DNA from: Nanobdellati archaeon
Lineage (GTDB): Archaea; EX4484-52; GLR71
Direction: 5' to 3'
Assembly (NCBI GenBank): GCA_019429125.1
Contig: JAHYJO010000001.1
Coordinates: forward strand, 32,001-96,000
Length of the DNA stretch: 64,000 bases
The position numbers and the translations under genes were made by a program. The notes under the pieces were generated by a model that was not told the origin of the DNA, did no database searches, and saw nothing but the letters and a program-made list of their open reading frames with translations. Within the stretch, counting starts at the first letter, position 1, and each line of letters opens with the position of its first letter. Shown here piece after piece: positions 1-10,156 of the stretch.

Positions 1-2
1 TG

Positions 3-413
3 GTTTCTGGACTTGTAAAAAGAGCTAAGATGCTTCTTGAGACATCATCAAAAATTGAAGATCTTGATGATGGGAATATTTGGATTACTGCTTTGAAAGT
101 GTTAGTTGTTATGGGGCTATTTGCGCTGGTCAGTGTATGGTGGATACGTAAAAAGGATAAGTTCAAGCTAAAAAAATCATTGAATAAATTTAAGAAAAAA
201 ACATTGAGTAAAGAGGAGATTGAGATACGTCAAAAAGAGTTAATTTATGATAAAACTAAAATTCAAAGAGTATTGAAGCTTTTAGAGCGTGAGTCCAAAG
301 ATGGAACAATAAATAAAGATGCGTATGATGAATTAAAGAATATTAACGATAAAAAGTTATCTGCAATTGATAAAAAAATAAAAAGTTTGGGCGCCAATAA
401 AGGAAGCAAATGA
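3..413 (+). CDS. 5'-truncated membrane-anchored protein (C-terminal TM helix plus charged SHOCT-like tail)
   Basis: Frame is open from position 3 to TGA at 411-413; TM segment IWITALKVLVVMGLFALVSVWWI followed by a Lys-rich helical tail. Confidence 0.7.
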   Translation, partial: VSGLVKRAKMLLETSSKIEDLDDGNIWITALKVLVVMGLFALVSVWWIRKKDKFKLKKSLNKFKKKTLSKEEIEIRQKELIYDKTKIQRVLKLLERESKDGTINKDAYDELKNINDKKLSAIDKKIKSLGANKGSK

Positions 414-425
414 TTAGTGTTTTTT

Positions 426-770
426 TCATTGTTTACACAGATTAACAATTGCTAACTTTTTTCTCATCTCAGATTTATATTCTCTTTTTTCAAAAAACAT
501 AATTAAGAATATAAGACACATAAAGATAGTTAATATCAGTATGTTTATAGTATGATTAATAAGGTCATTTATTGTGTGGTATATAGCACCTTCGTCTGTG
601 GAACATAATGTTTTTCCGTTCTGCATGGCAAAGGAATACTCGATTGATGAAGTGCCTTCGAAATCGTTGCAGATGTCTGCGTGTATGGATTCATGAAAAT
701 ATGTTTGTGTAGAATTGATGAATATGAATATGATGAGTATTACAAGTATCTCTTTTGAAAATTGTTTCAT
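426..770 (-). CDS. Small membrane protein with HExxH motif
   Basis: 114 aa, hydrophobic at both ends, YFHESIH motif. Confidence 0.6.
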   Translation of the reverse strand: MKQFSKEILVILIIFIFINSTQTYFHESIHADICNDFEGTSSIEYSFAMQNGKTLCSTDEGAIYHTINDLINHTINILILTIFMCLIFLIMFFEKREYKSEMRKKLAIVNLCKQ

Positions 771-870
771 AAATATCTTTTAATAGTATGGTGCTTAAAT
801 AGGTGTATGTTTTTTGTATGATTGATAAATCCTATAATTATTTTTGTGGATTATTATGTTGTGGAGTCAG

Positions 871-1878
871 ATGAGGTTAAGATATTTTAAAAAACAATTC
901 TGCTTGGGCAGTCTTATTATATATGTTAGTTTTATGGTATGTTTATTCATCTTTACTAATCCAATTTATGCAAAAGAACTTCAGGTTGGTGTGTCTCCTT
1001 TAATGCTTGATCTTGGAACTGTGAAAAAAGGAGAAAGTGTTGTGGGGTCATTTTTTATTGTGACGTCATCACAAGATGATATTATTGTGAAATTAAAATC
1101 ATCACGTTCTAATTTTGATTTCTTTAAAAAACCTATAAATATAGATATTGTTAATTATGTGTCTGAAGAAGATAGTTCCGGATGGGTTTATTTTCCTGAG
1201 AATCCATATGTTCTCAAATCTACAGAGTATGTGTTAAATACCAAAGGCGGAACAATATCTGATTGGAAAAATGTTAATTTTGTGTTGAATGTCCCTGAGG
1301 ATGCTGAGTCATGCTATCATGCATTTAAGATTGAACCTACACCTTATACAACAAAAGAAGAGGCTAGTTCTGTAAGTATTGTTGCAATGGTAACGATTAC
1401 TGTGAAATTTCAGGTTGCTGGTGGATGTGAGGTCAATGGAAATATATTGGATGTCATGCAGGATACTTCAAGTAAATATATTGATTTAGGTGTATATTTT
1501 AAGAATACAGGTAATGCAACGTTTTCAGCGTATAGTCCTGACGTGATGATATTTTATGAGAATGGCACATTGCTTGATAAGCAACGTTCGGGATATGCTT
1601 ATTTTACTCCTGGAGATATTGGTGTGTTGAATGCACGGTTTGATCCAAAAAAGATTGTTCCTGGTAATTATATTGTAAATACTACAGTATTATATGGTGC
1701 TAATACAACATCAAAACAAGTGCCACTTACTATTGAAAGATCAGTGGTTGCAAAAATATCGACAGTAGTTTCAAAGACACCTGATGGTACTGATAATACT
1801 TTTTGGATATTGCTACTTGCAATAATTCTGATAATTGTTGGCGCCTATAAATTCTATAAGGTCGAAGATAAAAGATAA
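871..1878 (+). CDS. Secreted two-domain beta-sandwich protein with C-terminal TM anchor (DUF916/DUF3324 WxL-interacting-protein-like)
   Basis: Signal peptide ending IYA; VGVSP...GES, WV.F, VNFVLNVPEDA, FKNTGN motifs; C-terminal TM plus basic tail; GGAG before ATG 871. Confidence 0.6.
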   Translation: MRLRYFKKQFCLGSLIIYVSFMVCLFIFTNPIYAKELQVGVSPLMLDLGTVKKGESVVGSFFIVTSSQDDIIVKLKSSRSNFDFFKKPINIDIVNYVSEEDSSGWVYFPENPYVLKSTEYVLNTKGGTISDWKNVNFVLNVPEDAESCYHAFKIEPTPYTTKEEASSVSIVAMVTITVKFQVAGGCEVNGNILDVMQDTSSKYIDLGVYFKNTGNATFSAYSPDVMIFYENGTLLDKQRSGYAYFTPGDIGVLNARFDPKKIVPGNYIVNTTVLYGANTTSKQVPLTIERSVVAKISTVVSKTPDGTDNTFWILLLAIILIIVGAYKFYKVEDKR

Positions 1879-1880
1879 AT

Positions 1881-1973
1881 GCTAATAGATGTTAATAGAT
1901 GATAATCTAGAATAATTGATGATAATTGATGATAATTGATGATAATTGATGATAATTGATGATAATTGATGAT
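1881..1973. repeat. 10-bp tandem repeat (GATAATTGAT)n
   Basis: Five exact copies at 1921-1970, with degenerate copies at 1881-1920. Confidence 0.95.
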
Positions 1974-2013
1974 ATATCTATATTTTTTTGGTTTTTGTTA
2001 ATTATTATTTTAT

Positions 2014-2708
2014 TCAAACTTTGACATTTCTGACTTTTTTGTTTTTTATCGTTTTTTAAACACCTGAATTGGACAGATATTAGTACAGTACTAGATTGCG
2101 TTTTTTATGTTTTTTAACTTATTTTTCAATACCTCATTTGACAATTTGTATTCATAAATCAAAATATGTTATTAGGGGTTTGATATATATTGAAATTCCG
2201 ATTTAATCTATAATAAAAATTAAGAAAATTCATAAAAAGTAGCCAAATGAATTTGACAGTTGGGCTAAAATTTAAAAAAATGATTAAACAAATAGATATT
2301 TATTCGTACTTGTTTAGCAAAAAAATAATCGGCATACTACGATCATCATGATGTGATTTACATACATTATACTTTTTATAAAATCAATAGCTACAGCTTG
2401 AAAATGTGTAGTTAATTTTTGTTAAAAAATATTTACTCCTTTTTTGTAAAATCGATAGCTTGCAAGTAACGTAGAAAATTATAACTTAAAAATATTTCAA
2501 CAAATAATGACCGTATCAAAAAAATCGTAAGCAAGTAAGACAAAATTTAGCTAAACAAGTACATTTATTCTTATTTTTTACCATAAATTAACTTATTTTT
2601 AGTCAAAAAGAAAGAAAATTATATGGAAAATGGAAGTAAAGTACTAAAAATAGCTAACTGTCAAATAGATATTCTGAATGAAATAGTTAACAAACTGTCA
2701 AACTTAGG
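2014..2708. mobile_element. MITE family A, copy 1 (430 bp once the nested element is removed)
   Basis: Colinear with 48467-48896; imperfect TIRs (tcaaactttgaca...tgtcaaacttagg); 695 - 257 - 8 = 430 bp, the same length as copy 2; no ORF. Confidence 0.85.
2306..2562. mobile_element. MITE family B, copy 1 (257 bp), nested in MITE A
   Basis: Perfect 13-bp TIR gtacttgtttagc/gctaaacaagtac; exact 8-bp TSD atttattc (2298-2305 and 2563-2570); near-identical to 38596-38852. Confidence 0.95.
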
Positions 2709-2802
2709 TTTCATCTCTAGTTCAGTGGGTAATGTGGGCTCTTGAGAGCAATTATTATGAACCTATATAAGTACTTAAAACCAATAATATTTTGTGTTCT
2801 CT

Positions 2803-3351
2803 ATGAAAAAACAGTCAAAAAACTCAAAAAAAATAAATTTAATTAAATCTTTACCAATAATCATGCTTGCTGTATTGATTGTTTCTTTGTTTGCTATCGT
2901 TTTTCATACACCCTCCTTTGAATCTGATAATCCTGTTAAGAATCATACTGTGCTGTATGAGGAAGGTATGTTTTACACTTATGAGATTAATAAGTATCCC
3001 ACTTCTGTGGAGATAAGTGATATTGATGAACGTAACCTGTCTGTTGGTTTTTCACTTGAGACATCAAGTCTTAATTTCGGGGTAGTTCCTACAGGAGGGA
3101 ATATGGGTAAGAGGTTTTTGACTTTAAAGAATACGCAGGACAGTAAAGCAAAGATGATGTTTGTGGTATATGGTGGTATATCTCCTCTGATAAAGTTTAA
3201 TGATAACGAATTTTATCTTTTGCCCGAAGTTCTTAAAGACATTGAGATTGTGCTTGAGACAAAACAGGACACAATGGTTGGTAATTATTCTGGTGAAATT
3301 AATATTGTTGTCAAAAGGTCAAAATATGAATTTTTAGAATGGTTGTTATGA
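2803..3351 (+). CDS. N-terminally anchored beta-rich protein of the surface cluster
   Basis: N-terminal TM; LNFGVVPTGG and GNYSGEINIVV motifs. Confidence 0.75.
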   Translation: MKKQSKNSKKINLIKSLPIIMLAVLIVSLFAIVFHTPSFESDNPVKNHTVLYEEGMFYTYEINKYPTSVEISDIDERNLSVGFSLETSSLNFGVVPTGGNMGKRFLTLKNTQDSKAKMMFVVYGGISPLIKFNDNEFYLLPEVLKDIEIVLETKQDTMVGNYSGEINIVVKRSKYEFLEWLL

Positions 3352-3359
3352 GGGTGTAG

Positions 3360-4178
3360 TTGATGCTTAAGGATAAATATTTTTCATTTTATTATGTTTC
3401 TGTTATTTTGTTATCTATATTTTTTTTATGTACTTCTTTGGTGTACAGTGCGGAAATAAATGTTAATGTGGCTGAACATTTAGATACTGTATTAAAAGAG
3501 ATTGATTGCTGCAAGTTAAATGATAAAGTAATGACTGCCAGTTTTGATGTGTTTAATTCCGGAAGTATTGCATATGCTGCGCGCATAAGGCTTGATGTGT
3601 TTGATGAGGATAATGATAAGAAGATTACATCTGTTTGGAGTAGCAGTTCCGAATTTAATCCTGGACAGAGAGATAGCATCAGTCTTTATTGGTATGAGCC
3701 GTCAGACACTACACGTATTGCAAAAGTAAGACTTTATAGGGGATATGATATTTTAAATCTTGAAGAGATTACTTGGCGGTTTAATAAGTCAGTTGAATCT
3801 CAATTATCAAAAGGGTTCGGAGAGTTTGCAGATTCTGATAATATTTTTGGAAATATTAATTTTGAGGATGTTCGGGTTTATGAGCATAATATAAGATTTA
3901 AGATAACAGCAGATGAAGACATTGAAAAAGTAATAGTCTATCCAGTACAATACAAAGAGGGATGGATTTTTGAACAGACTGTTGTAGAGGATGTCATTGC
4001 GGATAAACCAAGAATTGTGGATGTCAATTATGATACTGGTTTTTTCTATGAAAATGAAATAACGTTGGTTGCGGTAAGTTCTGATGGCGAATATTACGGT
4101 GAACAGAAGGTGTTACTTAAGAAAGAGTCAGGTATCCGAAAATGGTTGAATCTTTTTGTAGATATGTTGAAGATATAA
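3360..4178 (+). CDS. Secreted beta-rich protein
   Basis: Signal peptide ending VYSA; FDVFNSGS Ig-like strand; operon spacing. Confidence 0.8.
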   Translation: MMLKDKYFSFYYVSVILLSIFFLCTSLVYSAEINVNVAEHLDTVLKEIDCCKLNDKVMTASFDVFNSGSIAYAARIRLDVFDEDNDKKITSVWSSSSEFNPGQRDSISLYWYEPSDTTRIAKVRLYRGYDILNLEEITWRFNKSVESQLSKGFGEFADSDNIFGNINFEDVRVYEHNIRFKITADEDIEKVIVYPVQYKEGWIFEQTVVEDVIADKPRIVDVNYDTGFFYENEITLVAVSSDGEYYGEQKVLLKKESGIRKWLNLFVDMLKI

Positions 4179-4202
4179 TATGGGATGCTTAAGGAGATTT
4201 GT

Positions 4203-7016
4203 ATGAAATTTGGATATGTATGTTTTATTGTTTTTATCTCCTTGTTATCTTTAGGAAATTGTGTGTATGCAGTGCCAGTATTGAATGATTTATCTGTTCA
4301 GAATCAAGAAATTTGGCTTGGTGAAACAGAGATAATATTTGTAAATTGTACAGATGATAATCAGATTGTATCTGAGGTGTATGCAGATATAAGTACAACG
4401 AGCGCATTGTATCCCGGTAATTCTTTCTTGTTGGATGCAGACGGTACTTATTATTTGCCTGTGTCTACATCTTTACAGTCTAATTTCAATAAGGTTGGTA
4501 TCTTTGATGTGGTGGTCTATTGTCGGAATGAGAATGGGGATTCTGTAAATTCGTCCATATCATTTACTGTCTCAAATTTGAGTCTTGAGATTAGTAGTAT
4601 GTCATCTTCTGTATATATCGGAGACATAGCGGAGATTAATCTTTTTGTCAAGAAAGATGGAAGTTCAATAAGTTCTGATGTCATTGATTTTGAGGTGTTT
4701 TATGCAGGCAAAACAATATCTTTATTGTCACCACCTTATTATGATTTTGAAAAAGGGTGGGTATTAAGATACTCTACTGCTACTTTTGTGGCTGGGACTT
4801 ATACATTTTCTATTGTTGCAAATTATTCTGGTAGTGAGATTGAGGCAACTAAAGGAGTAAGTATATATAATCCTGTTGATTTTTCAATAGTTAATGTTGG
4901 TTCTTCATGGATTTCAATAGAAGAGACTGTCACTGTCTCGGTGAAAGCAACTGAGAGAGGTAATCCTATAAAAATAGATGAAAATAAGATGTCTGTACGT
5001 ATCGATTCAACAACTGTAAGTAGCTTTGAGGTATTGGCGGCGTCAACAAGTAATGTTTATGATATAATATTTACAGCACCATCATTGTCTTCTGGAAAAC
5101 ATACACTTAAAGTATATTTTAAGTATGAGAATGATTCATTATATGATTCTGAGAATGTAATATATGTAATATCTGCTTCAGGGGTCATGTTTATTGAAAC
5201 AGATAATACTCATGTGGTTGACTTAAAGTTTAAGTCAGATAAAATAACCAAAGATGTGCGGACGGATAATAAAGGGAAATATTTGTTATCTTTTCCTCCT
5301 GATGTTTATAATATAGAAATTAAAGATAGTTTTTTTACGCTTGGTATATCTAATGTGGAAATAGATGAGTTTGATGATGCGATAAAATATCAGTATCTCC
5401 CAACATCATATGTGGATGGGATTTCGGGGAGTGGTATATTTTATTATGGTATTGCATCTGAACTGGATTATGATTATCTCAGTCTGAAATTAAAGTATGA
5501 TTCAAGTAAGATTCATGATATTTCTTTGCTTGAAGTATATGTATGTACTGATTGGGATACTGGAAATAAGAAATGTCTCTCTGAATGGAATGTTATTGAT
5601 TCTGAGATTGACAGTTTGAGGAAAACTGCAACAATTAGTCAGGCAGTGCTTAATGCAGCATATATAGTTGGAAATATTGATTCGTTGAATGTTGCAGGAA
5701 CCATTGAAAAGGCGATATATAATATTAATGATGAGATAAAGATAACAGGACTTAGTCAGGACACTGCAAAAAATGTGGTTTCTGATGTAACATTTGATGC
5801 ATATATTTCAGGAACATCTATTGAAGCTTCAGGTGTGTCTGATTCAAAAGGATTGTTCTCATTCAGTATTTCAAATCCAAAAGATGAAGGCAATTATACT
5901 CTTATCATAAATGCATCTAAAGATCCGTTTTTATCGGCACAAAAAAAAATTTATTTTGAGGTCTTGAAGAGAAAAGATGTGGCTATTGTCAGTCCTGATA
6001 CAATCCGTTTGTATCCGGGGGATTCGTCGGAGGTTGAATTTTTAATAATAAATACGGGAGAATCTGCTCTGTCAAATATGTCTGTATCATTGAATGGTTT
6101 ACCATCGAGTTATTATCAGATGATATATCCGGATAATATCTTGAATCTGAAAGAATCTGAAGAGAGCTCAATTATTGTTTATTTTGATATACCTATTAAT
6201 GCGTCAAAAGAGATGATTAGTGTGTCATTTGAACTATCAGGGTCTGGGATATCTAAGAAACAAAATGTTGTTATGAATATATTTGCGCCAAAAAATGATA
6301 GTTTAGGGGTAATATCTGCATCTTTATCTGAATCATCAATGTCTGATAATAATTACGGTTTTTTTTCTTTGGATAAATTATCATTATTTAGTATGCCTAC
6401 AGGGAATTCTATTGCACTTTTGGCATCAGGTGAAACCATATATGTGTTCTTGTTTGCGATGTTAAGTTTTTCAACTGCATTCTTATTTAGGAAACGAAGG
6501 TTGACAAATGTATACAGCAACAGATTAAGGGAAAGTAACAGATTGCTCATATTTGAGATAAGAAAGCATATGTTTAAGGTGACGGGTTCTGATACTATTG
6601 ATAATTTTAATGTGTGCGGTTGGGGTAGAAGATATGAACAACATAAAAAGCATACAAAAACAAATATGAATATGAATATGAATATGAATATGAATATGAA
6701 TACGGATAATGATATAAATACAAATACAAATAAATCAACAAGTGATATTTCAACAAGATTAGAGAGGGCGATTGTAGCGTCGTGTCCTGTGGATAAGAGA
6801 GTTATTGAACCGAACATTGAATCTGATACAAGATTAGACAAGAAGAAAGACTTAAAATTAGATTTGATCTCTGACATATATGACAATCTGAATAAAGATT
6901 CAAATGAGAAAAAAGGATTAGATAATTCTGGAGATATAGAGAAATCAGAGGACAATGATGATGTCGATTCAAGCATGAGTGGTGAAGAATCAGAAACGAA
7001 GGTGTTGGAAAATTGA
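4203..7016 (+). CDS. Large multi-Ig-domain surface protein with TM anchor and low-complexity cytoplasmic tail
   Basis: AAGGAG RBS; signal peptide; repeated GxYTxxxxA strands; CARDB/COG1470-like IINTGES motif; TM near aa 750. Confidence 0.8.
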   Translation: MKFGYVCFIVFISLLSLGNCVYAVPVLNDLSVQNQEIWLGETEIIFVNCTDDNQIVSEVYADISTTSALYPGNSFLLDADGTYYLPVSTSLQSNFNKVGIFDVVVYCRNENGDSVNSSISFTVSNLSLEISSMSSSVYIGDIAEINLFVKKDGSSISSDVIDFEVFYAGKTISLLSPPYYDFEKGWVLRYSTATFVAGTYTFSIVANYSGSEIEATKGVSIYNPVDFSIVNVGSSWISIEETVTVSVKATERGNPIKIDENKMSVRIDSTTVSSFEVLAASTSNVYDIIFTAPSLSSGKHTLKVYFKYENDSLYDSENVIYVISASGVMFIETDNTHVVDLKFKSDKITKDVRTDNKGKYLLSFPPDVYNIEIKDSFFTLGISNVEIDEFDDAIKYQYLPTSYVDGISGSGIFYYGIASELDYDYLSLKLKYDSSKIHDISLLEVYVCTDWDTGNKKCLSEWNVIDSEIDSLRKTATISQAVLNAAYIVGNIDSLNVAGTIEKAIYNINDEIKITGLSQDTAKNVVSDVTFDAYISGTSIEASGVSDSKGLFSFSISNPKDEGNYTLIINASKDPFLSAQKKIYFEVLKRKDVAIVSPDTIRLYPGDSSEVEFLIINTGESALSNMSVSLNGLPSSYYQMIYPDNILNLKESEESSIIVYFDIPINASKEMISVSFELSGSGISKKQNVVMNIFAPKNDSLGVISASLSESSMSDNNYGFFSLDKLSLFSMPTGNSIALLASGETIYVFLFAMLSFSTAFLFRKRRLTNVYSNRLRESNRLLIFEIRKHMFKVTGSDTIDNFNVCGWGRRYEQHKKHTKTNMNMNMNMNMNMNTDNDINTNTNKSTSDISTRLERAIVASCPVDKRVIEPNIESDTRLDKKKDLKLDLISDIYDNLNKDSNEKKGLDNSGDIEKSEDNDDVDSSMSGEESETKVLEN
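6663..6698 (+). repeat. (AATATG)6 in-frame microsatellite encoding (NM)6
   Basis: Six exact hexamer copies. Confidence 0.95.
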
Positions 7017-9498
7017 AAGGAAAAGATATCTTATTTTTTTGATGTTGGTATTTATTTTTCTGTTGCCGTTAATTTATTCACTTCAGCAGAATTTTATAAT
7101 TAATGGTAATTTTACATCTGGAAGTTCTTTAGGATGGACTTATTCTGAAGAGGATTTGTCGGGTGTTGGGTCCTCAAATTTTAATGTGTCTGGTGGTAAT
7201 GATGATTCTGGAGTATGGTATCTTGAAGTCAATGATAGTCTGTCTGATATAGGGTATAATGTTACCAGCAACTTGACTAATGATGGAGGATTGTGGTTAA
7301 ATTCTGGTACTGTTGTTTCTGCTACGGTGCCATTCTCTTATAAACAGACCTGGACAATATCTGCACCTACAGTAAATCTTATTAAGGTGTTTTTGGTAAA
7401 ACCTGACAGTTCAGAAGTCATTCTTTTTTCACGTTCGTCAATAGTTGATGATGCTTCATATATGACAGAATCAATAGATGTAGGTATTAATAATTTCTCA
7501 GACAGTGGGGTGTATAAATTAAAACTGTATAATTATGTTGAGACGTCAGTTTCTGATGTGCTTATTATTCGGAACTTTTGGGACGATATTGATCTTGTTG
7601 TGGTATATCAGGATGAGGTGGTGCCAGAGATTACGGTGCAGTCGCCACTGAACAAATCTTATGATAATGATTCAGTATGGGCTAACTTAACATTGAATGA
7701 GGATGGTTCATGGTGTGGATATTCGCTTGACGGTGCAGTAAATATCACTATGTCAAATACATCAGGCAACTGGAACAGTCTTGTTGGTGGATTGTCTGAG
7801 GGTGCACATAAAATTACGTTTTCGTGTAATGATACGGTAGGCAATATGAATACATCTGAAGTCATTGTATATTTTACTGTTGATACGACATATCCTCAAT
7901 ATGCATATAATAGTACAAATTCTACGGAAATTGGAAGTTATGTCCTTTTCAGTTTATATTGGACTGACAATTCAGTTTCAGGGTACATATTCTCGTTTGA
8001 TAATGGTACTGGTACATTTGTGAATGACAGTTATGTCAATATGGCTGGTGTTTCTGTTTGGTCAAATGTTAGTAAGCAGATTAATTCAACTGTTGGTGCA
8101 CTCATACAGTGGCGCGTGTATGCAAATGATACGGGGGGAAATATGAATGCATCTGAAATATATAGTTTTTATACAGTTGATTCTGAGGCTCCGGAGATTA
8201 CGGTGCATTCGCCACAGAATAAATCGTATGGTGCTGATTCAGTATGGGCTAACTTAACATTGAATAAGGCTGGTTCATGGTGCGGATATTCTCTTGATGG
8301 GAGGCTAAATGTCACTATGTCAAATACATCAGGCAACTGGAACAGTCTTGTTGAAGGATTGTCTGAATTGACACATAACATTACTTTCTCATGCAATGAT
8401 ACCTTAGGCAATATGAATACATCTGAGGTCATTGTATATTTTACTGTAGATACTATTAAACCTACATTGTATGTCTACTCACCTGATAATATCTCATATA
8501 CTACAAAATTAATTAATCTGACTGTGGGTGCGGATGAGACTATAGATACTTGGCAATACAGTCTTAATGGTATGACAAATGTGATGTTTTCACCAAATAC
8601 AACAATAATTATGCTTGCTGGAGTCAATAACATAACAGTCTATGCTAATGATACTTCCGGAAATATGAATAGTACTGTGGTTTACTTTTTATTAAATACG
8701 ACGCTTGAGGTTGAACTTGTGGAACCAAGCACTATCTTTGTTACAAATATCATAAAAGGTACACAATTCATCATAAATGCAACTGTCATATGTAGGGAAG
8801 GTGATTGTGGGGATGTGTCTGCTACGGTGCGATATAATGAGACATCAGTCAATCCGGATACAGCAGTCAATATAACTGTGGGTGCTGAACCATTCTTTAT
8901 TGATGAAGCATCACCAGTATCTACAAAATCTTGTTCTACAAATCCATTGTCTGAAAATGAATATTGCAATGTGTCTTGGGTGATTAATGCGACTGATTCA
9001 GGTCTTGATTTATGGAAATTTGATGTCAATTTCAGTTCTGATACGGGTTGGACGACAATCAATAATACATTATTTTCTGAGATTTCAGTTGTACCGTGTG
9101 TTGTTGATTTTACTGTTACTTGGACATCTATAGATTTTGATAAGGCTCTAGTGCCTAATACATATCAAAATCCTGCAGTAGGCAATGATGGTAATATTTA
9201 TAACATAACAATCAATGATGGCAGTTGTAATACGGATGTGTATATTAAGGGTACGGATATGGTGGGTGAGGATACCAATAATATTCTGGGTGCAGGGAAC
9301 CTTACATGGAGCAACAGTTCTAATTTGTATAGCACTTCATATAATATGACCGAAATATATATGCCATTGAAGTTTGATGTGCAGTCATCTACAAATATTA
9401 CTACATGGTACTGGATTGATATACCACCAATATTTGCTGAGAGCTATAATGGGACTGTATATATACAAGGTGTTAAAAATGGGGATCCACAACCGTAG
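6979..9498 (+). CDS. Secreted adhesin-like glycoprotein: N-terminal jelly-roll/CBM-like domain, Ig-like repeats, C-terminal WxL-like domain
   Basis: Signal peptide; IINGNFT...GW; repeated DTxxP / CxYSLDG / NDTxGN; many NxS/T sequons; ends WIDIP...YNGTVYIQG with no TM; start codon uncertain. Confidence 0.75.
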   Translation: MVKNQKRRCWKIERKRYLIFLMLVFIFLLPLIYSLQQNFIINGNFTSGSSLGWTYSEEDLSGVGSSNFNVSGGNDDSGVWYLEVNDSLSDIGYNVTSNLTNDGGLWLNSGTVVSATVPFSYKQTWTISAPTVNLIKVFLVKPDSSEVILFSRSSIVDDASYMTESIDVGINNFSDSGVYKLKLYNYVETSVSDVLIIRNFWDDIDLVVVYQDEVVPEITVQSPLNKSYDNDSVWANLTLNEDGSWCGYSLDGAVNITMSNTSGNWNSLVGGLSEGAHKITFSCNDTVGNMNTSEVIVYFTVDTTYPQYAYNSTNSTEIGSYVLFSLYWTDNSVSGYIFSFDNGTGTFVNDSYVNMAGVSVWSNVSKQINSTVGALIQWRVYANDTGGNMNASEIYSFYTVDSEAPEITVHSPQNKSYGADSVWANLTLNKAGSWCGYSLDGRLNVTMSNTSGNWNSLVEGLSELTHNITFSCNDTLGNMNTSEVIVYFTVDTIKPTLYVYSPDNISYTTKLINLTVGADETIDTWQYSLNGMTNVMFSPNTTIIMLAGVNNITVYANDTSGNMNSTVVYFLLNTTLEVELVEPSTIFVTNIIKGTQFIINATVICREGDCGDVSATVRYNETSVNPDTAVNITVGAEPFFIDEASPVSTKSCSTNPLSENEYCNVSWVINATDSGLDLWKFDVNFSSDTGWTTINNTLFSEISVVPCVVDFTVTWTSIDFDKALVPNTYQNPAVGNDGNIYNITINDGSCNTDVYIKGTDMVGEDTNNILGAGNLTWSNSSNLYSTSYNMTEIYMPLKFDVQSSTNITTWYWIDIPPIFAESYNGTVYIQGVKNGDPQP
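7624..8453 (+). repeat. Intragenic direct duplication of one Ig-like domain (about 7624-7886 vs 8191-8453)
   Basis: Long identical stretches such as gattcagtatgggctaacttaacattgaat and cactatgtcaaatacatcaggcaactggaacagtcttgttg; offset 567 bp, in frame. Confidence 0.9.
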
Positions 9499-10156
9499 TC
9501 TTATATTATTTGCAATGTTGTTTGCGTTATTATTAGTGGAACCTGTGTGTGCATTCAATCTTGGTACTTTACAGAAAACTACAAGTTATAATGTCACTTC
9601 TGGGGAGACTGTTCAATTTGATATTTTATTCTGGAACACGGAAGCTATAGGTTATAATTTACAATTGGAAATTGTTCACGTACCTAAAGATTGGGTTGTA
9701 ATCTCTGACCCTTCTATGTTTTATCTTGATAATAATTATTCGGGTAAGATTGAACATATGTATATTTCCCGACTTAAGAAAACTGTTAATGCAGCTTTAG
9801 TAAATGTTTATGTTTATGTTCCTAAATCAGAAAAGTTGGGTAAATATACTGTGGTGTTGAAAGCTGTGGCAGGTGAGGGGGATTCTATATCTGGTTTTTC
9901 GTTGAGGCAGGAACGCACTTTCTTTTTTGATGTCTATGTGACAGAAGATTTATATCTGGACGCACACAATGATGAAATAGAATCAAAAAGTGTTTCTATA
10001 GATATAAAGCCTATTATTAACCATAAAAAAAGCGATGTATTGTATAGGGGTTCAGAACGACCTGTTAGTATATTTCAATATATGAAGGGTGTTATTTTTT
10101 TGTTGATAATTATAATGATTTTATGGATTGCACGGAGGATATATGAATATGATTGA
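9479..10156 (+). CDS. Single Ig-like (COG1470-like) domain protein with signal peptide and C-terminal TM
   Basis: ATG at 9479 gives a signal peptide ending VCA; VPKDW and GKYTVVLKA motifs; C-terminal TM. Confidence 0.75.
   Translation: MGIHNRSLILFAMLFALLLVEPVCAFNLGTLQKTTSYNVTSGETVQFDILFWNTEAIGYNLQLEIVHVPKDWVVISDPSMFYLDNNYSGKIEHMYISRLKKTVNAALVNVYVYVPKSEKLGKYTVVLKAVAGEGDSISGFSLRQERTFFFDVYVTEDLYLDAHNDEIESKSVSIDIKPIINHKKSDVLYRGSERPVSIFQYMKGVIFLLIIIMILWIARRIYEYD

Noticed and set aside
1881-1973. Possible CRISPR array
   Set aside because: Units are 10 bp and contiguous with no spacers; no cas genes in the window
7624-8453. Possible DGR template/variable repeat pair
   Set aside because: Mismatches involve non-adenine positions in both copies, both copies are in-frame domains of one gene, and no reverse transcriptase is present
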